Of a DNA stretch of 64,000 bases, positions 31,062 through 42,890 are shown in pieces. Location: the NCBI GenBank assembly GCA_023405135.1, contig JAEXYZ010000062.1:6500-70499 (forward strand), in the 5' to 3' direction. Every line of letters starts with the position of its first letter. Position 1 is the first letter of the stretch. The stretch is from Bacillota bacterium. GTDB taxonomy: Bacteria; Bacillota; Bacilli; Bacillales_A; Planococcaceae. The notes beneath the pieces were generated by a model, which worked only from the letters and a program-made list of their open reading frames with translations, had not been told where the DNA came from and made no database searches. Both the position numbers and the translations under genes were made by a program.

Positions 31062-31123
31062 ATTATCGCGCACTTTTTTAAGTGCGTTTTTATTTTATAA
31101 AAAGATTACGAAAGGAGATAGAA

Positions 31124-31363
31124 TTGCGTTTTTCAACTGTTCAACAAAAGGAAATTATTGAAGCTGGAAGCGGTAGATTTATCGGCTATATTATTGATGC
31201 TGAAGTTTGTGAAAAAACTGGTAACATTATAGCTTTCCACGTTGCCGAACCAAAAAAGTTTATGTCCTTCATACAAGGGGATGATAATGTGAGAAAAGTA
31301 CTAGTGAGTGATATTCTTGTAGTAGGAAAAGACGTAATCTTAGTGAAAGAGATTTCTGAATAG
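31124..31363 (+). CDS. ylmC: YlmC/YmxH PRC-barrel sporulation protein
   Basis: KEII...GRFIG and VGKDVILV motifs; AAGGAG RBS before TTG 31124. Confidence 0.8.
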   Translation: MRFSTVQQKEIIEAGSGRFIGYIIDAEVCEKTGNIIAFHVAEPKKFMSFIQGDDNVRKVLVSDILVVGKDVILVKEISE

Positions 31364-31376
31364 GTCGTGCTATTCA

Positions 31377-31405
31377 TTGAAAATTAATATGCAGATTGAT
31401 ACAAT
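31377..31405 (+). promoter_or_regulatory. Putative sigma-A promoter of the ylmE operon
   Basis: TTGAAA-17 bp-TACAAT with extended TG. Confidence 0.55.
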
Positions 31406-31438
31406 GAAGGAAACTATTGATGTAAAGTTGGGCGTAGG

Positions 31439-32107
31439 ATGGAGAAAATAAGTAATAAATTAGAAAAAATTAGAAAACAAATTGAAGAGGCAAAAAATAG
31501 AGCAAAAGTTACCCAAGATGTAACAATCATTGCAGTTACTAAACAAGTTTCTATTGATCGAGCTTTAGAAGCTATTGATGCTGGGTTAATTCATTTAGGT
31601 GAAAATCGACCAGAAGGATTATTAGCTAAAAAGAGCGAAATAAATAATAAAGCAAACTGGCATTATATTGGCTCTTTGCAATCTAGAAAAGTAAAACAAG
31701 TAATAAATGAGATTGATTACTTACATTCTTTAGACCGCTTTAGTTTAGCTGAGGAAATAAATAAAAGAGCTAATAAAACTATTAACTGCTTTGTTCAAGC
31801 TAATGTTTCTGGGGAAGAGTCAAAGCATGGTTTGCCAACAGAGGAAGTCATACCTTTTATACAATCATTAGAACAATTTGATAAAATTCGTGTTGTTGGT
31901 TTAATGACAATGGCGCCAAACACTGAGGATCAAACGATTATAAGAACTGTATTTAAAAATTTGAAAAATTTACAACAGGAAGTTGTTAAATTAAACTTGC
32001 CTTATGCACCTTGCAATGAATTATCAATGGGAATGTCAAACGACTATGAAATTGCTGTTGAAGAAGGTGCTACATTTGTAAGAATTGGAACAGCTCTTGT
32101 TGGATAG
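31439..32107 (+). CDS. ylmE: PLP homeostasis protein (YggS family)
   Basis: [29 protein letters not shown] and VRIGT motifs. Confidence 0.94.
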   Translation: MEKISNKLEKIRKQIEEAKNRAKVTQDVTIIAVTKQVSIDRALEAIDAGLIHLGENRPEGLLAKKSEINNKANWHYIGSLQSRKVKQVINEIDYLHSLDRFSLAEEINKRANKTINCFVQANVSGEESKHGLPTEEVIPFIQSLEQFDKIRVVGLMTMAPNTEDQTIIRTVFKNLKNLQQEVVKLNLPYAPCNELSMGMSNDYEIAVEEGATFVRIGTALVG

Positions 32108-32123
32108 AAAAGAGGGATGCTAG

Positions 32124-32591
32124 ATGAGTATGAAAAATAAAATAAAAAATTTCTTTTATTTAGAGGAAGAAGAGAATGTTGAAGTTGAAACATCAAGTAA
32201 ACCGATAAATATTACAAAAGAGCAACCTATTGTTAAGTCAAGTCCTAAAAAGGAACGAAATCATACGAGAGTAGAAACACATACACCTCATAATGTAGTA
32301 AGTTTACAAGCAACAAATTCAGCTAAAAACTCTAAAGTAGTAATTGTTGAACCTCGTGTTTATTCTGAGGCTCAAGATATATCAGAGCATTTAAAAAATA
32401 GACGTGCTATCATTGTCAATTTGCAACGTATCGATCGTGATGCGGGTGTTCGAATTATTGACTTTTTAAGTGGTACTGTTTATGCATTAGGTGGAGATAT
32501 TCAACGAATTGGTACAGATATTTTCCTTTGTACACCAGAAAATGTTGAGGTCTCTGGGGAAATTTCAAATTATTTGTATGAGGAGTATTAA
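32124..32591 (+). CDS. sepF: Cell division protein SepF
   Basis: EPRVYSEAQ and [15 protein letters not shown]...FLCTP motifs. Confidence 0.95.
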   Translation: MSMKNKIKNFFYLEEEENVEVETSSKPINITKEQPIVKSSPKKERNHTRVETHTPHNVVSLQATNSAKNSKVVIVEPRVYSEAQDISEHLKNRRAIIVNLQRIDRDAGVRIIDFLSGTVYALGGDIQRIGTDIFLCTPENVEVSGEISNYLYEEY

Positions 32592-32936
32592 CTTTATTCC
32601 TTTTTGGAATGAAGTTAATCTTTTTACTAAATAAGAAAAGTATAAAATCTTTAGTAGAATAATTAACGAAAGTAACCACTAGAGTTTGCAATCTGTCCAT
32701 AGTCTAAAGTTCAAAGGGGTATATGGATTTTAGCGCATAATCGATAGTGGTCCAAAATTATCTTTTGTGATGAGTAATTACAAGAGCTAGATAAGGAGCT
32801 TTCGCTGACATGGCTAAAGGTTGGTAAAGCTTTTCTTATTGGACTTGCTGTACATAAATTTATATTAACTTCCAGCTAAGTAAAGATAGATAAATACGCT
32901 GAAGGAATTTGATTATTAGAGAGGTAATTTAATTAT

Positions 32937-33218
32937 ATGACGATATATTCGATAATCCCTATTATAACAATGATTTTTTCGATTTATTCATTTATGCTAA
33001 TCATTTATATTTTGATGTCTTGGGTTCCGGCTGCTCAAAGTTCATCATTTGGTCGTTTGCTAGCAAAATTTTGTGAACCATATTTAGGTTTCTTCAGAAA
33101 GTTTATACCACCAATTGGAATGATTGATTTTTCACCAATTATAGCAATTCTATTGCTAAATTTTATAGAGCGCGGTGTGAAAATCGTTCTTATAAATATT
33201 ATAAATATGGTAGCTTAG
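32937..33218 (+). CDS. ylmG: YggT family membrane protein
   Basis: ILMSWVP, EPYL and IPPIGMIDFSPIIA motifs. Confidence 0.92.
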   Translation: MTIYSIIPIITMIFSIYSFMLIIYILMSWVPAAQSSSFGRLLAKFCEPYLGFFRKFIPPIGMIDFSPIIAILLLNFIERGVKIVLINIINMVA

Positions 33219-33224
33219 TAAATT

Positions 33225-33252
33225 AACCCCTACTACAAAGTGGGGGTTTTTT
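33225..33252 (+). terminator. Intrinsic terminator after ylmG
   Basis: AACCCCTAC-loop-GTGGGGGTT plus T-tract. Confidence 0.7.
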
Positions 33253-33306
33253 AATAATGAAAGATGGAAATGAATAAGTATTATAAGACAAAAGCGAGTT
33301 GTGAAA

Positions 33307-34092
33307 ATGGAGCATTTAATTCAGCATTTTAGAAAAGAAGAGCAGGTTTTTATTGAAAGGGTAGTTGGTTGGCAACGTGAAGTAGAGGATCGTTTTTCTC
33401 CAAAACTAACTGACTTTTTAGATCCCCGTGAACGGTTTATTGTGTCATCGATTATTGGTCAAAATCAAGATCTTTCTATTTCTACTGATGGGGGATTTAA
33501 AGAAGCAGAAAGGCAACGACTCTATATAAGTCCAAGCTACTTTACTCCTTTAAAGGATGACTTCCAAATTACTATTTTTTCAATCCATTACCCTTCGAAA
33601 TTTGTACAATTAAAACATCCTGATGTATTAGGTGCTTTATTATCAGTAGGTATTGGGCGTAATAAATTTGGAGATATACATGTTGAAAAGGATATGATTC
33701 AATTTGCTGTGGCACAGGAAGTGAAAGATTATGTCATCGCAAATTTAACGAGTGTTGGAAAAGCGAAAGTACGACTTGAACAAGTGGAAAACCAAGCACA
33801 GTTCCTTGAAATGGCAGAAGAGTGGATAGATAAGTCATATACTGTGTCATCAATGAGATTGGATGTGATTTTAGCAACTGTGTTAAACATTTCAAGACAA
33901 AAATCACAAATGCTTATACAGGCCGGAAAAGTGAAAGTGAATTGGACAGTACGTGAGCAAACATCTTTTGAAGTTCAAGAGGGAGATGTTATATCTGCTC
34001 GTGGTTTTGGACGATTGAAAGTAATCATGACTGAAGGACGAACAAAAAAGGATAAAATTCGCCTTCAAGTAGGTCGATTAGAGCAAAAATAG
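33307..34092 (+). CDS. ylmH: S4-domain RNA-binding protein
   Basis: TDFLDPRE, HPDVLGAL, SMRLD, GKVKVNW and SARGFGR motifs. Confidence 0.92.
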   Translation: MEHLIQHFRKEEQVFIERVVGWQREVEDRFSPKLTDFLDPRERFIVSSIIGQNQDLSISTDGGFKEAERQRLYISPSYFTPLKDDFQITIFSIHYPSKFVQLKHPDVLGALLSVGIGRNKFGDIHVEKDMIQFAVAQEVKDYVIANLTSVGKAKVRLEQVENQAQFLEMAEEWIDKSYTVSSMRLDVILATVLNISRQKSQMLIQAGKVKVNWTVREQTSFEVQEGDVISARGFGRLKVIMTEGRTKKDKIRLQVGRLEQK

Positions 34093-34185
34093 TAGATTAT
34101 AGTAAGAATTTACGAAAATTTGATGTCAAGAATGGTGTGCCACTGTATAATAAAAATAACAACTTATCGTGAGGAGTGTTGACCA

Positions 34186-34728
34186 ATGCCATTATCACCA
34201 CTTGATATACATAATAAAGAATTTACTCGAGGTTTTCGCGGTTACGCAGAAGACGAAGTAAATGACTTTTTAGATCAAATAATAAAAGATTATGAAATTA
34301 TTTTACGTGAAAAGAAAGAGCTTGAAGAAAAAGTTAAAACGATGACGCAGCAAATGAATCACTATAATACATTAGAGGAAACTTTACAAAAATCTATTGT
34401 AGTTGCACAAGAAGCTGCAGAAGAAGTTCGTCGTAATTCACAGCAAGAGGCTAAATTAATTATTAAAGAAGCTGAAAAAAATGCTGATCGAATTATTAAT
34501 GAAGCGTTAACAAAGGCACGAAAAATAACAATTGAAATTGATGAGTTAAAAAAGCAATCTAAAGTATTCCGAAATCGTTTTAAAATGTTAGTAGAGGCGC
34601 AACTAGATTTGCTTAATACTGATGACTGGGATCATTTAATGGAGTATGAAATCGGATTGACAGAGATTCAAAAACAAGTAAGAAATGAAGAAGATGATTT
34701 TGAATTATTAACAGATGATTTAAAATAG
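34186..34728 (+). CDS. divIVA: Cell division initiation protein DivIVA
   Basis: MPLSPLDIHNKEFTRGFRGYAEDEVNDFLD followed by coiled coil. Confidence 0.96.
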   Translation: MPLSPLDIHNKEFTRGFRGYAEDEVNDFLDQIIKDYEIILREKKELEEKVKTMTQQMNHYNTLEETLQKSIVVAQEAAEEVRRNSQQEAKLIIKEAEKNADRIINEALTKARKITIEIDELKKQSKVFRNRFKMLVEAQLDLLNTDDWDHLMEYEIGLTEIQKQVRNEEDDFELLTDDLK

Positions 34729-34749
34729 TCATTAAGGTCAATGATTTAC

Positions 34750-34778
34750 TTGACTGTTTTTCACTATTTCCATATACT
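34750..34778 (+). promoter_or_regulatory. Sigma-A promoter of the ileS leader
   Basis: TTGACT-17 bp-TATACT. Confidence 0.65.
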
Positions 34779-34807
34779 GATACACGAGTATATAAAATAA
34801 TAATTTC

Positions 34808-35058
34808 TGGCGTTGATGGAGACAGTAGTTTTTGAAAGTGGTCATTAGCGAGTCGAGGATGGTGAAAGCTCGACTGAAACTTCAAAAATGAACATCACTC
34901 CTGAGCTAAATCACTGAAAAAATTATATTTTGATTAAGTGATTTCGTATACACGGCGTTACAGTGTCTAAGAGGTGGAGTTTTTATTAATTCCGCAAATT
35001 AGGGTGGTACCACGAGTTATAGTTTCTCGTCCCTTTATGGGGATGAGAAACTTTTTTT
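34808..35058 (+). ncRNA. T-box riboswitch (Ile, AUC specifier)
   Basis: Stem I with AGCGA and GGTGA motifs, specifier GAAC-ATC at 34894-34896, T-box AATTAGGGTGGTACCACG (34997-35014), terminator 35021-35058; upstream of ileS. Confidence 0.93.
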
Positions 35059-35147
35059 ATTTTAGAAATAATCCGCAATATTTGTTAGATCAAATTTATG
35101 TAGATCATTTACAAACAGAAAGTTCAATTAATTAAGGAGGAATTTAA

Positions 35148-37907
35148 ATGGTAGAGTATAAAGATACGTTACGTATGCCAAAAACAGATTTCCCGATGCG
35201 CGGAAATTTACCAGCAAATGAACCAAAAATGCAAGAAAAATGGGATGAAATGGACATTAATGCGCTAGTTCTTGAACGAACAAAAGATCGTCCATCATTC
35301 GTTTTACATGATGGACCTCCATATGCAAACGGAGATATCCATATCGGTCACGCTTTAAATAAAGTGTTAAAAGATATGATTACTCGTCATCGTTCAATGA
35401 CAGGTTACCATGTACCTTACATTCCAGGGTGGGATACACATGGATTACCAATCGAGCAAGCACTTACAAACAAAGGTGTTAAACGTAAAGAGCTAACAAT
35501 TGCGGAGTTCCGTGAACTATGTGAAAAATATGCCTATGAACAAATTGAAAACCAAAAAACACAATTTATGCGTTTAGGCGTTCGTGGTGACTGGAAAAAT
35601 CCTTATATTACATTAAAACCAGAATTTGAATCACGTCAAATTGAAGTGTTCGGTAAAATGGCTGAAAAAGGTTATATCTATAAAGGGTTAAAACCAGTTT
35701 ATTGGTCACCATCTTCTGAGTCGGCGTTAGCAGAAGCCGAAATTGAATATAAAGATATTAAATCACCATCTATTTACGTAAGCTTTGAAATTAAAGATGC
35801 AAAAGGCGTTGTACCAGCCGATGCAAAATTCATTATCTGGACGACAACTCCATGGACAATTCCGGCGAATTTAGGTATTTCAGTAAACCCAGAAATTACT
35901 TATGTTGTAGTAGCAGTAAATAATAATAAATATATCATTGCAAAAGATTTACTCGAAACTGTTTCAGCTACACTTGAATGGGAAAATCCAGAAGTAGTTC
36001 AAGAAGTAAAAGGTCAAGAGTTAGAATATATTGTTGCAAAACATCCAATTTATGATCGTGATTCATTAATAATGGTTGGGGATCATGTAACAACAGATGC
36101 GGGGACTGGTTGTGTTCATACAGCACCAGGTCACGGGGAAGATGACTTCATTGTAAGTAAAAAGTATGGCTTAGAAGTTTTAAGTCCTGTAAATGACCAA
36201 GGTTGCTATACACATGAAGCGCCAGGATTTGAAGGTTTATTTTATGATGATGCCAATAAAGTAATTACTGAAAAGTTAAAAGAAGTTGGTGCATTAGAAA
36301 AATTATCATTCTTTACACATTCATATCCACATGACTGGCGTACAAAAAAACCTGTTATTTATAGAGCGACACCACAATGGTTCTGTTCAGTAGCTGCATT
36401 CCGTGATCAGCTATTAGAGGCAGTTGAAAATACAGCATTTACTCCTTCATGGGGTGAAACACGACTGTATAATATGATTCGTGACCGTGGCGACTGGTGT
36501 ATTTCTAGACAACGTGCATGGGGTGTTCCAATTCCAGTATTTTATGCTGAAAATGGAGAAGAAATTATTACACCAGAAACAATAGCACATGTTTCAAAAT
36601 TATTCCGTGAGCATGGCTCTAACATTTGGTTCCAACGTGAAGCTAAAGATCTTCTGCCAGAAGGCTTTACTCATCCAGGTAGTCCGAATGGAAAATTCAC
36701 TAAAGAAAATGACATTATGGATGTATGGTTCGACTCAGGTTCTTCTCACCAAGGTGTACTTGTAGAGCGTGGAATTAAATACCCAGCTGATCTTTATCTT
36801 GAAGGTTCTGACCAACATCGTGGATGGTTTAACTCATCATTAATTACTTCTGTTGCTATTAATGGTTATGCACCATACAACGGCCTTTTAACACATGGTT
36901 TCGTTTTAGATGGTGAAGGGCGCAAAATGAGTAAATCATTAGGAAATGTTATTATTCCTGAAAAAGTAATGAATCAATATGGTGCAGATATTCTTCGTTT
37001 ATGGGTAGCATCTGTTGACTATACAGGTGATGTACGTATCTCTATGGATATGTTAAAACAAATTTCAGAAGTATATCGTAAAATCCGTAACACACTTCGT
37101 TTCCTACATGGTAATGTTACGGACTTTAATCCAAAAACAGATCGCGTCGACTATGATGATTTACGAGAAATTGATCAATACATGTATATGCGATTACAAG
37201 ATGTATTAAAATCTGTTCGTAAAGCTTACAATCGATATGAATTTGCATCTGTATATCATACAATTAATAATTTTGTTGCTGTTGAATTATCAGCATTCTA
37301 TTTAGATGTTGCAAAAGATGTTGTGTATATTGAAGGTATAGACAATAAAGATAGTCGTGCAATGCAAACGGTTATGTATGATACGCTATTAACATTATTA
37401 AAAGTGTTAACACCAATCTTACCTCATACGACTGATGAATTATGGTCTTACTTAAATGAAGAAGAAGTATCTGTTCAATTAACAGATTTCCCTGAAGTTG
37501 ATGAACGTAGCAATTTCCCTGAACTACGTACGAAATGGGAAAAAGTAATTGAAATTCGTGATGAAGTGTTAAAAGCACTTGAAGAAGCACGTAATGCAAA
37601 AACTATTGGTAAATCATTAGAAGCAAAAGTAACGGTATATGCTGATGAAGCTGTACTTGCGTTATTAAATGACCCAGCAATTAACTATGCACAAAGCTGT
37701 ATCGTGTCACAATTTGTTGTTGGTGGAAGCAAAGAAAGTGCTCCAGAAAATGCTCTAGTTCTTGAGAAATGTGCAATCGTTGTTGAGCATGCAGATGGTG
37801 AAAAATGTGAACGCTGCTGGTCTTACTCAACAACAGTAGGAGAGCACGAAAAGCATCCGACAGTATGTAAACGTTGCGCTGATGTAGTTGAAAAATATTA
37901 TGTTTAA
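35148..37907 (+). CDS. ileS: Isoleucine--tRNA ligase (type 1)
   Basis: [23 protein letters not shown] and C-terminal CERC...CKRC. Confidence 0.98.
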   Translation: MVEYKDTLRMPKTDFPMRGNLPANEPKMQEKWDEMDINALVLERTKDRPSFVLHDGPPYANGDIHIGHALNKVLKDMITRHRSMTGYHVPYIPGWDTHGLPIEQALTNKGVKRKELTIAEFRELCEKYAYEQIENQKTQFMRLGVRGDWKNPYITLKPEFESRQIEVFGKMAEKGYIYKGLKPVYWSPSSESALAEAEIEYKDIKSPSIYVSFEIKDAKGVVPADAKFIIWTTTPWTIPANLGISVNPEITYVVVAVNNNKYIIAKDLLETVSATLEWENPEVVQEVKGQELEYIVAKHPIYDRDSLIMVGDHVTTDAGTGCVHTAPGHGEDDFIVSKKYGLEVLSPVNDQGCYTHEAPGFEGLFYDDANKVITEKLKEVGALEKLSFFTHSYPHDWRTKKPVIYRATPQWFCSVAAFRDQLLEAVENTAFTPSWGETRLYNMIRDRGDWCISRQRAWGVPIPVFYAENGEEIITPETIAHVSKLFREHGSNIWFQREAKDLLPEGFTHPGSPNGKFTKENDIMDVWFDSGSSHQGVLVERGIKYPADLYLEGSDQHRGWFNSSLITSVAINGYAPYNGLLTHGFVLDGEGRKMSKSLGNVIIPEKVMNQYGADILRLWVASVDYTGDVRISMDMLKQISEVYRKIRNTLRFLHGNVTDFNPKTDRVDYDDLREIDQYMYMRLQDVLKSVRKAYNRYEFASVYHTINNFVAVELSAFYLDVAKDVVYIEGIDNKDSRAMQTVMYDTLLTLLKVLTPILPHTTDELWSYLNEEEVSVQLTDFPEVDERSNFPELRTKWEKVIEIRDEVLKALEEARNAKTIGKSLEAKVTVYADEAVLALLNDPAINYAQSCIVSQFVVGGSKESAPENALVLEKCAIVVEHADGEKCERCWSYSTTVGEHEKHPTVCKRCADVVEKYYV

Positions 37908-37935
37908 TTTATAAATAGTGTTCTATATATGTAAG

Positions 37936-37970
37936 AAGCTGCTCATTTTGTTTTGAAATGAGCAGCTTTT
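37936..37970 (+). terminator. Intrinsic terminator after ileS
   Basis: AAGCTGCTCATTT-loop-AAATGAGCAGCTTTT. Confidence 0.8.
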
Positions 37971-38189
37971 GTATTGGCTCTGTTTAATTTTGTTGATTGG
38001 ATATAAATTTCTAATGATTATTGAGTCATTTAAACACCTTTGGTCACATGAAAACATATAGGGTCACAAAAAATAGTTCGGTCACATAGGTACTAATTCA
38101 ATCACTTAGACCTGTTTTGTGAATCAAAGTAGGAGGTTTTTTTGTTTTATGTTAGAATAGGAGAGATTATTGGTAAACGGGGGAATACT

Positions 38190-38666
38190 GTGTATATATA
38201 CTATGGTGTAGCAGCAATTGTTGTTTTATTAGATCAATGGACTAAATGGTTAGTTGTAAAAAATATGGAGTTAGGTGATCAAATTATTCTTTGGGATCCT
38301 TGGTTTGCTATCCTGTCACATCGTAATCGTGGTGCAGCATGGGGAATGCTACAAGGACAAATGTGGATTTTTACAATCGTTACACTCGTTGTGATCGGTG
38401 GAATTATTTATTATTTTCATAAAGAAGCAAAGGGAAAACCACTTTTTGCGGTTAGCTTAATGATTTTATTAGGCGGGGCTCTTGGTAATTTTATTGATCG
38501 AATTTTCCGAGGAGAAGTAGTTGACTTTATAGATGTATTAATCCCAATTATTAATTATGATTTCCCAATATTTAACATTGCGGATGCAGCATTAACAATT
38601 TCGGTTATTATGATTATTTTAGCATTGTTAAAAGAAGAACGTGAAAATAAGAAAAAGGTGAAATAA
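38190..38666 (+). CDS. lspA: Lipoprotein signal peptidase II
   Basis: DQWTK, NRGAAWG, GALGNFIDR, VVDFI and FNIAD motifs; GTG 38190 after GGGGG RBS. Confidence 0.95.
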   Translation: MYIYYGVAAIVVLLDQWTKWLVVKNMELGDQIILWDPWFAILSHRNRGAAWGMLQGQMWIFTIVTLVVIGGIIYYFHKEAKGKPLFAVSLMILLGGALGNFIDRIFRGEVVDFIDVLIPIINYDFPIFNIADAALTISVIMIILALLKEERENKKKVK

Positions 38667-39577
38667 TGGCAGTTGTATCAATTACAGTAGAGTTAGAAAA
38701 TGCAGGAGAACGCATTGATAAGGCTCTTTCGACAATTCAAGAGGATTGGTCTCGCTCCCAAATTGCAGCTTGGATTACAGACGGTATTGTAAAAGTAAAT
38801 GGTGAAAGCGTTAAAGCAAAATATAAAGTAAAAGAAGGCGACGTTATTGAAGTGGATGTGCCAGAACCAGAAACGCTTGAAGTAATACCGGAAGATTTAG
38901 ATTTAGAAATTGTTTATGAAGATTCAGATGTGCTTGTTGTGAATAAACCAAAAGGGATGGTCGTACACCCAGCACCTGGACATATGACAGGTACATTAGT
39001 GAATGGATTAATGTATCATTGTAAAGATTTATCTGGTATTAACGGTGTATTAAGACCGGGAATTGTCCATCGAATTGATAAGGATACATCCGGTTTATTA
39101 ATGGTGGCTAAAAATGACCATGCCCATCATTCATTAGTTGAACAATTAGTTAATAAAACCGTAACTCGTAAATACACGGCTTTAGTACACGGTCATATAG
39201 CACATGATAAAGGAACGATTGATGCACCGATTGCTCGAGATCCAAAAGACCGCCAAAAACAAGCTGTAGTGGACAACGGAAAGCATGCAGTAACACATTT
39301 CCAGGTCATTGAACGACTAGGGAATTATACGTTAGTAGAATGTCGTTTAGAAACAGGACGTACACATCAAATACGTGTTCATATGAATTATATTGGCTAT
39401 CCATTAGTAGGAGATCCTAAATACGGTCCAAAGAAAACAATTGATTTTGGTGGACAAGTACTACATGCAGGTGTGTTAGGTTTTGTTCATCCAACAACAG
39501 AAGAATATTTGGAATTTGAAGTTCCAATTCCTGACGATTATGTGGCATTGCTTGAACAATTACGCAAAGAGAAATAA
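38666..39577 (+). CDS. rluD: RluA/RluD family pseudouridine synthase (YlyB)
   Basis: S4 domain, VNKPKG, VHRIDKDTSG and ETGRTHQIRVH motifs. Confidence 0.9.
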   Translation: MAVVSITVELENAGERIDKALSTIQEDWSRSQIAAWITDGIVKVNGESVKAKYKVKEGDVIEVDVPEPETLEVIPEDLDLEIVYEDSDVLVVNKPKGMVVHPAPGHMTGTLVNGLMYHCKDLSGINGVLRPGIVHRIDKDTSGLLMVAKNDHAHHSLVEQLVNKTVTRKYTALVHGHIAHDKGTIDAPIARDPKDRQKQAVVDNGKHAVTHFQVIERLGNYTLVECRLETGRTHQIRVHMNYIGYPLVGDPKYGPKKTIDFGGQVLHAGVLGFVHPTTEEYLEFEVPIPDDYVALLEQLRKEK

Positions 39578-39605
39578 CTTTTAGAAAATTATTTCAAAAA
39601 CATTG

Positions 39606-39634
39606 TTGACTTACATGATTTATAAGACTATACT
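39606..39634 (+). promoter_or_regulatory. Sigma-A promoter of the pyr operon
   Basis: TTGACT-17 bp-TATACT. Confidence 0.65.
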
Positions 39635-39692
39635 GACAACAGTGAATGAAATTAACCCACTGTGATGGGGAATTTATAAAAATTTAATATTC

Positions 39693-39920
39693 ACCTTTAA
39701 TGGCAGTCCAGAGAGGCTGAGAAGGTACTTGTAGAAAATGTAAGGATATTTCTATACTTTTGTATAAAGCAAAAAGCACATGGATTATTTAGAGAATTCA
39801 AATGTCGAATAGTGCCGAAATAAGCTTATACAAATGTCTATTTAGACTGTGTAGAATTTCTAAGCATGCACTTTCAACATGTATATCCAACCTCTTAAGC
39901 AGACGCTTGAGAGGTTTTTT
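39693..39920 (+). promoter_or_regulatory. PyrR attenuator 1 (binding loop plus terminator)
   Basis: CCTTTAA...AGTCCAGAGAGGCTGAGAAGG binding loop at 39693-39726; terminator AACCTCTTAAGC/GCTTGAGAGGTT plus T's at 39889-39920. Confidence 0.88.
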
Positions 39921-39929
39921 GATTTTTAA

Positions 39930-40496
<567 letters not shown>

Positions 40497-40526
40497 CACA
40501 TTTTATAGACAAAAGAGGGAAAAAAC

Positions 40527-41861
40527 ATGTCAAAAGCGGTTTTAGACATCAATGATAAGCCAACATCAGGACAACTGATTACGTTAAGCTTTCAACATAT
40601 GTTTGCAATGTTTGGTTCTACAATTTTAGTACCACAGCTTGTCGGTTTAAGTCCTGCAATCGCTCTTCTAACTAGTGGGATTGCAACAATCATCTTCTTA
40701 TTAATTACACAATTTAAAGTACCTGCATACTTAGGATCATCTTTCGCATTTATTGCTCCGATTTTAATTGCAGCAGGTGGATTAGATGACAATGGAGCAA
40801 GTGTTAACCCAGGAAATGCCATGATTGGTGCAATGGCCGTTGGGGTAGTATACGGAATTGTGTCATTATTAATTTGGAAAACGGGCTATAAATGGTTAAT
40901 GAGCCTCCTACCTCCAATCGTTGTAGCACCAGTTATTATGGTAATTGGGTTAGGTCTTGCAGGAACTGCGGTAGATATGGCAATGAATATTAATGTTAAG
41001 CAAGTAAATGCTGATACAGGCGTTGTGGAAATGGTGAAAAAATACAGCGTCCTACATTTCTCAGCTGCTCTAGTAACATTATTTGCAGCAATCATCTTTA
41101 ATGTTTACTTTAAAAATGTTTTAAGTACGATGCCGATTTTATTAGGAATTATTGTTGGATACATATACTCAGCAATTATCGGAATTGTTGATTTTACACC
41201 TGTAAAGGAAGCTGCGTGGTTTGCTTTACCAGACTTCTTAATACCGGGTGTACACTATGAATTTAATGTTACATCAACGATTTTATTAGCAATGGTACCA
41301 ATCGTCATCGTAACAATTTCTGAACACATTGGTCATCAATTAGTTTTAGGGAAAGTTGTTAACCGTAATTATATTAAAGATCCAGGTCTACATAGATCAT
41401 TACTAGGTGATGGGTTAGGGACGTTTGTAAGTGCACTTATTGGTGGCCCACCTAAAACAACTTATGGTGAAAATATAGGAGTATTAGCAATTACAAGAGT
41501 ATTCTCTGTTTATGTCATAATGGGTGCTGCAGTGCTAGCAATACTATTCTCCTTCTTTGGAAAAGCAATGGCACTAGTTCAAACGATTCCGACAGCAGTG
41601 CTTGGTGGGATTTCAATTTTACTATTCGGTATTATCGCATCAAGCGGTTTGCGAATGCTTGTAGAAAGTAATATCGACTTTGGAAATAGCCGCAATATGG
41701 TAATATCATCAGTAATCCTTGTTATCGGTATTGGCGGAGCTGCCTTAAGGTTGTCAGAAACATTTGTAATTGAAGGAATGGCTTTAGCAGCAATAGTAGG
41801 AGTACTTTTAAACTTTTTGTTACCAGGAAGAGATAAAAAAGTAAGAGATTTAGATGAATAA
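40527..41861 (+). CDS. pyrP: Uracil permease (NCS2 family)
   Basis: QHMFAMFG, YLGSSFAF and TTYGENIGV motifs. Confidence 0.93.
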   Translation: MSKAVLDINDKPTSGQLITLSFQHMFAMFGSTILVPQLVGLSPAIALLTSGIATIIFLLITQFKVPAYLGSSFAFIAPILIAAGGLDDNGASVNPGNAMIGAMAVGVVYGIVSLLIWKTGYKWLMSLLPPIVVAPVIMVIGLGLAGTAVDMAMNINVKQVNADTGVVEMVKKYSVLHFSAALVTLFAAIIFNVYFKNVLSTMPILLGIIVGYIYSAIIGIVDFTPVKEAAWFALPDFLIPGVHYEFNVTSTILLAMVPIVIVTISEHIGHQLVLGKVVNRNYIKDPGLHRSLLGDGLGTFVSALIGGPPKTTYGENIGVLAITRVFSVYVIMGAAVLAILFSFFGKAMALVQTIPTAVLGGISILLFGIIASSGLRMLVESNIDFGNSRNMVISSVILVIGIGGAALRLSETFVIEGMALAAIVGVLLNFLLPGRDKKVRDLDE

Positions 41862-41865
41862 AGTT

Positions 41866-41985
41866 ACCTTTTAAAGAATTGTCCAGAGAGGCAAAAAAGG
41901 GGAAATATGACGATGGTACGTTAAGGTTTAGCGTGCTTTACCTCGTCATACCTCCTATGCCTCGCAAATTTGCGAGGCATTTTTT
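41866..41985 (+). promoter_or_regulatory. PyrR attenuator upstream of pyrB
   Basis: CCTTTTAA...GTCCAGAGAGGCAAAAAAGG binding loop; TATGACGA/TCGTCATA stem; terminator ATGCCTCGCAA/TTGCGAGGCAT plus T's. Confidence 0.88.
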
Positions 41986-42012
41986 ATAAAGCCATATTAG
42001 GGGGAAAAGACA

Positions 42013-42888
42013 TTGAGAAATTTACTATCAATGGAACATTTAACAAATGATGAAGTCATGATGATAATCGAGCGAGCAGCGCAGTTTGAAGCAGGAGAAG
42101 AAAGCGTCCTTAATAGGTCATACAATGTATCAAACCTTTTCTTTGAGCCAAGTACTCGAACAAAAACTAGCTTTGAAATGGCTGAACGAAAAGTAGGATG
42201 TACAGTAATTCCATTTGATGCAAGTTTTTCAAGCGCATTAAAGGGAGAGACGATGTACGATACGGTTAAAACATTAGAAATGATCGGAATGGACGCAGTT
42301 GTCATCCGTGCAAAAGAAGATGAATATTATAACGAATTGTTGGAAGGTATAAATGTTGCTGTCATTAATGCAGGGGATGGGGCAGGTCAACACCCTTCAC
42401 AAAGCTTACTCGATTTATATACGATTCATAAGGAATTTGGTTCATTTGAAGGGCTCAATGTAACAATCGTCGGTGATATTTCTCATAGCCGAGTAGCAAA
42501 ATCAAATGCAACAGCACTAAAAAGATTAGGTGTAAATGTACGTTTCCTTTGTCCACCTGAATGGGCAGGAGACTACGCGGCCCATCACTCATGGGATGAG
42601 CTACTAGAAGATAGCGATGTCGTCATGTTATTACGCATTCAACACGAACGTCATATCGTGAATAAAAGCTTTTCAAAGGAAAGCTATCATGAACAATTTG
42701 GATTAACATTTGAGCGGGAAGCGAGAATGAAGAAAAATGCAATCATTATGCATCCAGCTCCGGTAAATCGAGATGTTGAGATTGCTTCAGAACTAGTTGA
42801 GTGCGAACGATCTCGAATTTTCGATCAAGTACGAAATGGCGTCTTTGTCAGAATGGCGATTCTTGAAACAATTTTGAAAGGAAGATAA
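42013..42888 (+). CDS. pyrB: Aspartate carbamoyltransferase
   Basis: [17 protein letters not shown] and MHPAP motifs. Confidence 0.97.
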   Translation: MRNLLSMEHLTNDEVMMIIERAAQFEAGEESVLNRSYNVSNLFFEPSTRTKTSFEMAERKVGCTVIPFDASFSSALKGETMYDTVKTLEMIGMDAVVIRAKEDEYYNELLEGINVAVINAGDGAGQHPSQSLLDLYTIHKEFGSFEGLNVTIVGDISHSRVAKSNATALKRLGVNVRFLCPPEWAGDYAAHHSWDELLEDSDVVMLLRIQHERHIVNKSFSKESYHEQFGLTFEREARMKKNAIIMHPAPVNRDVEIASELVECERSRIFDQVRNGVFVRMAILETILKGR

Positions 42889-42890
42889 CG

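Noticed and set aside
37976..38001. GGCTCTGTTTAATTTTGTTGATTGGA, resembling the end of a Bacillaceae repeat
   Set aside because: Too short, with no matching opposite terminus visible.
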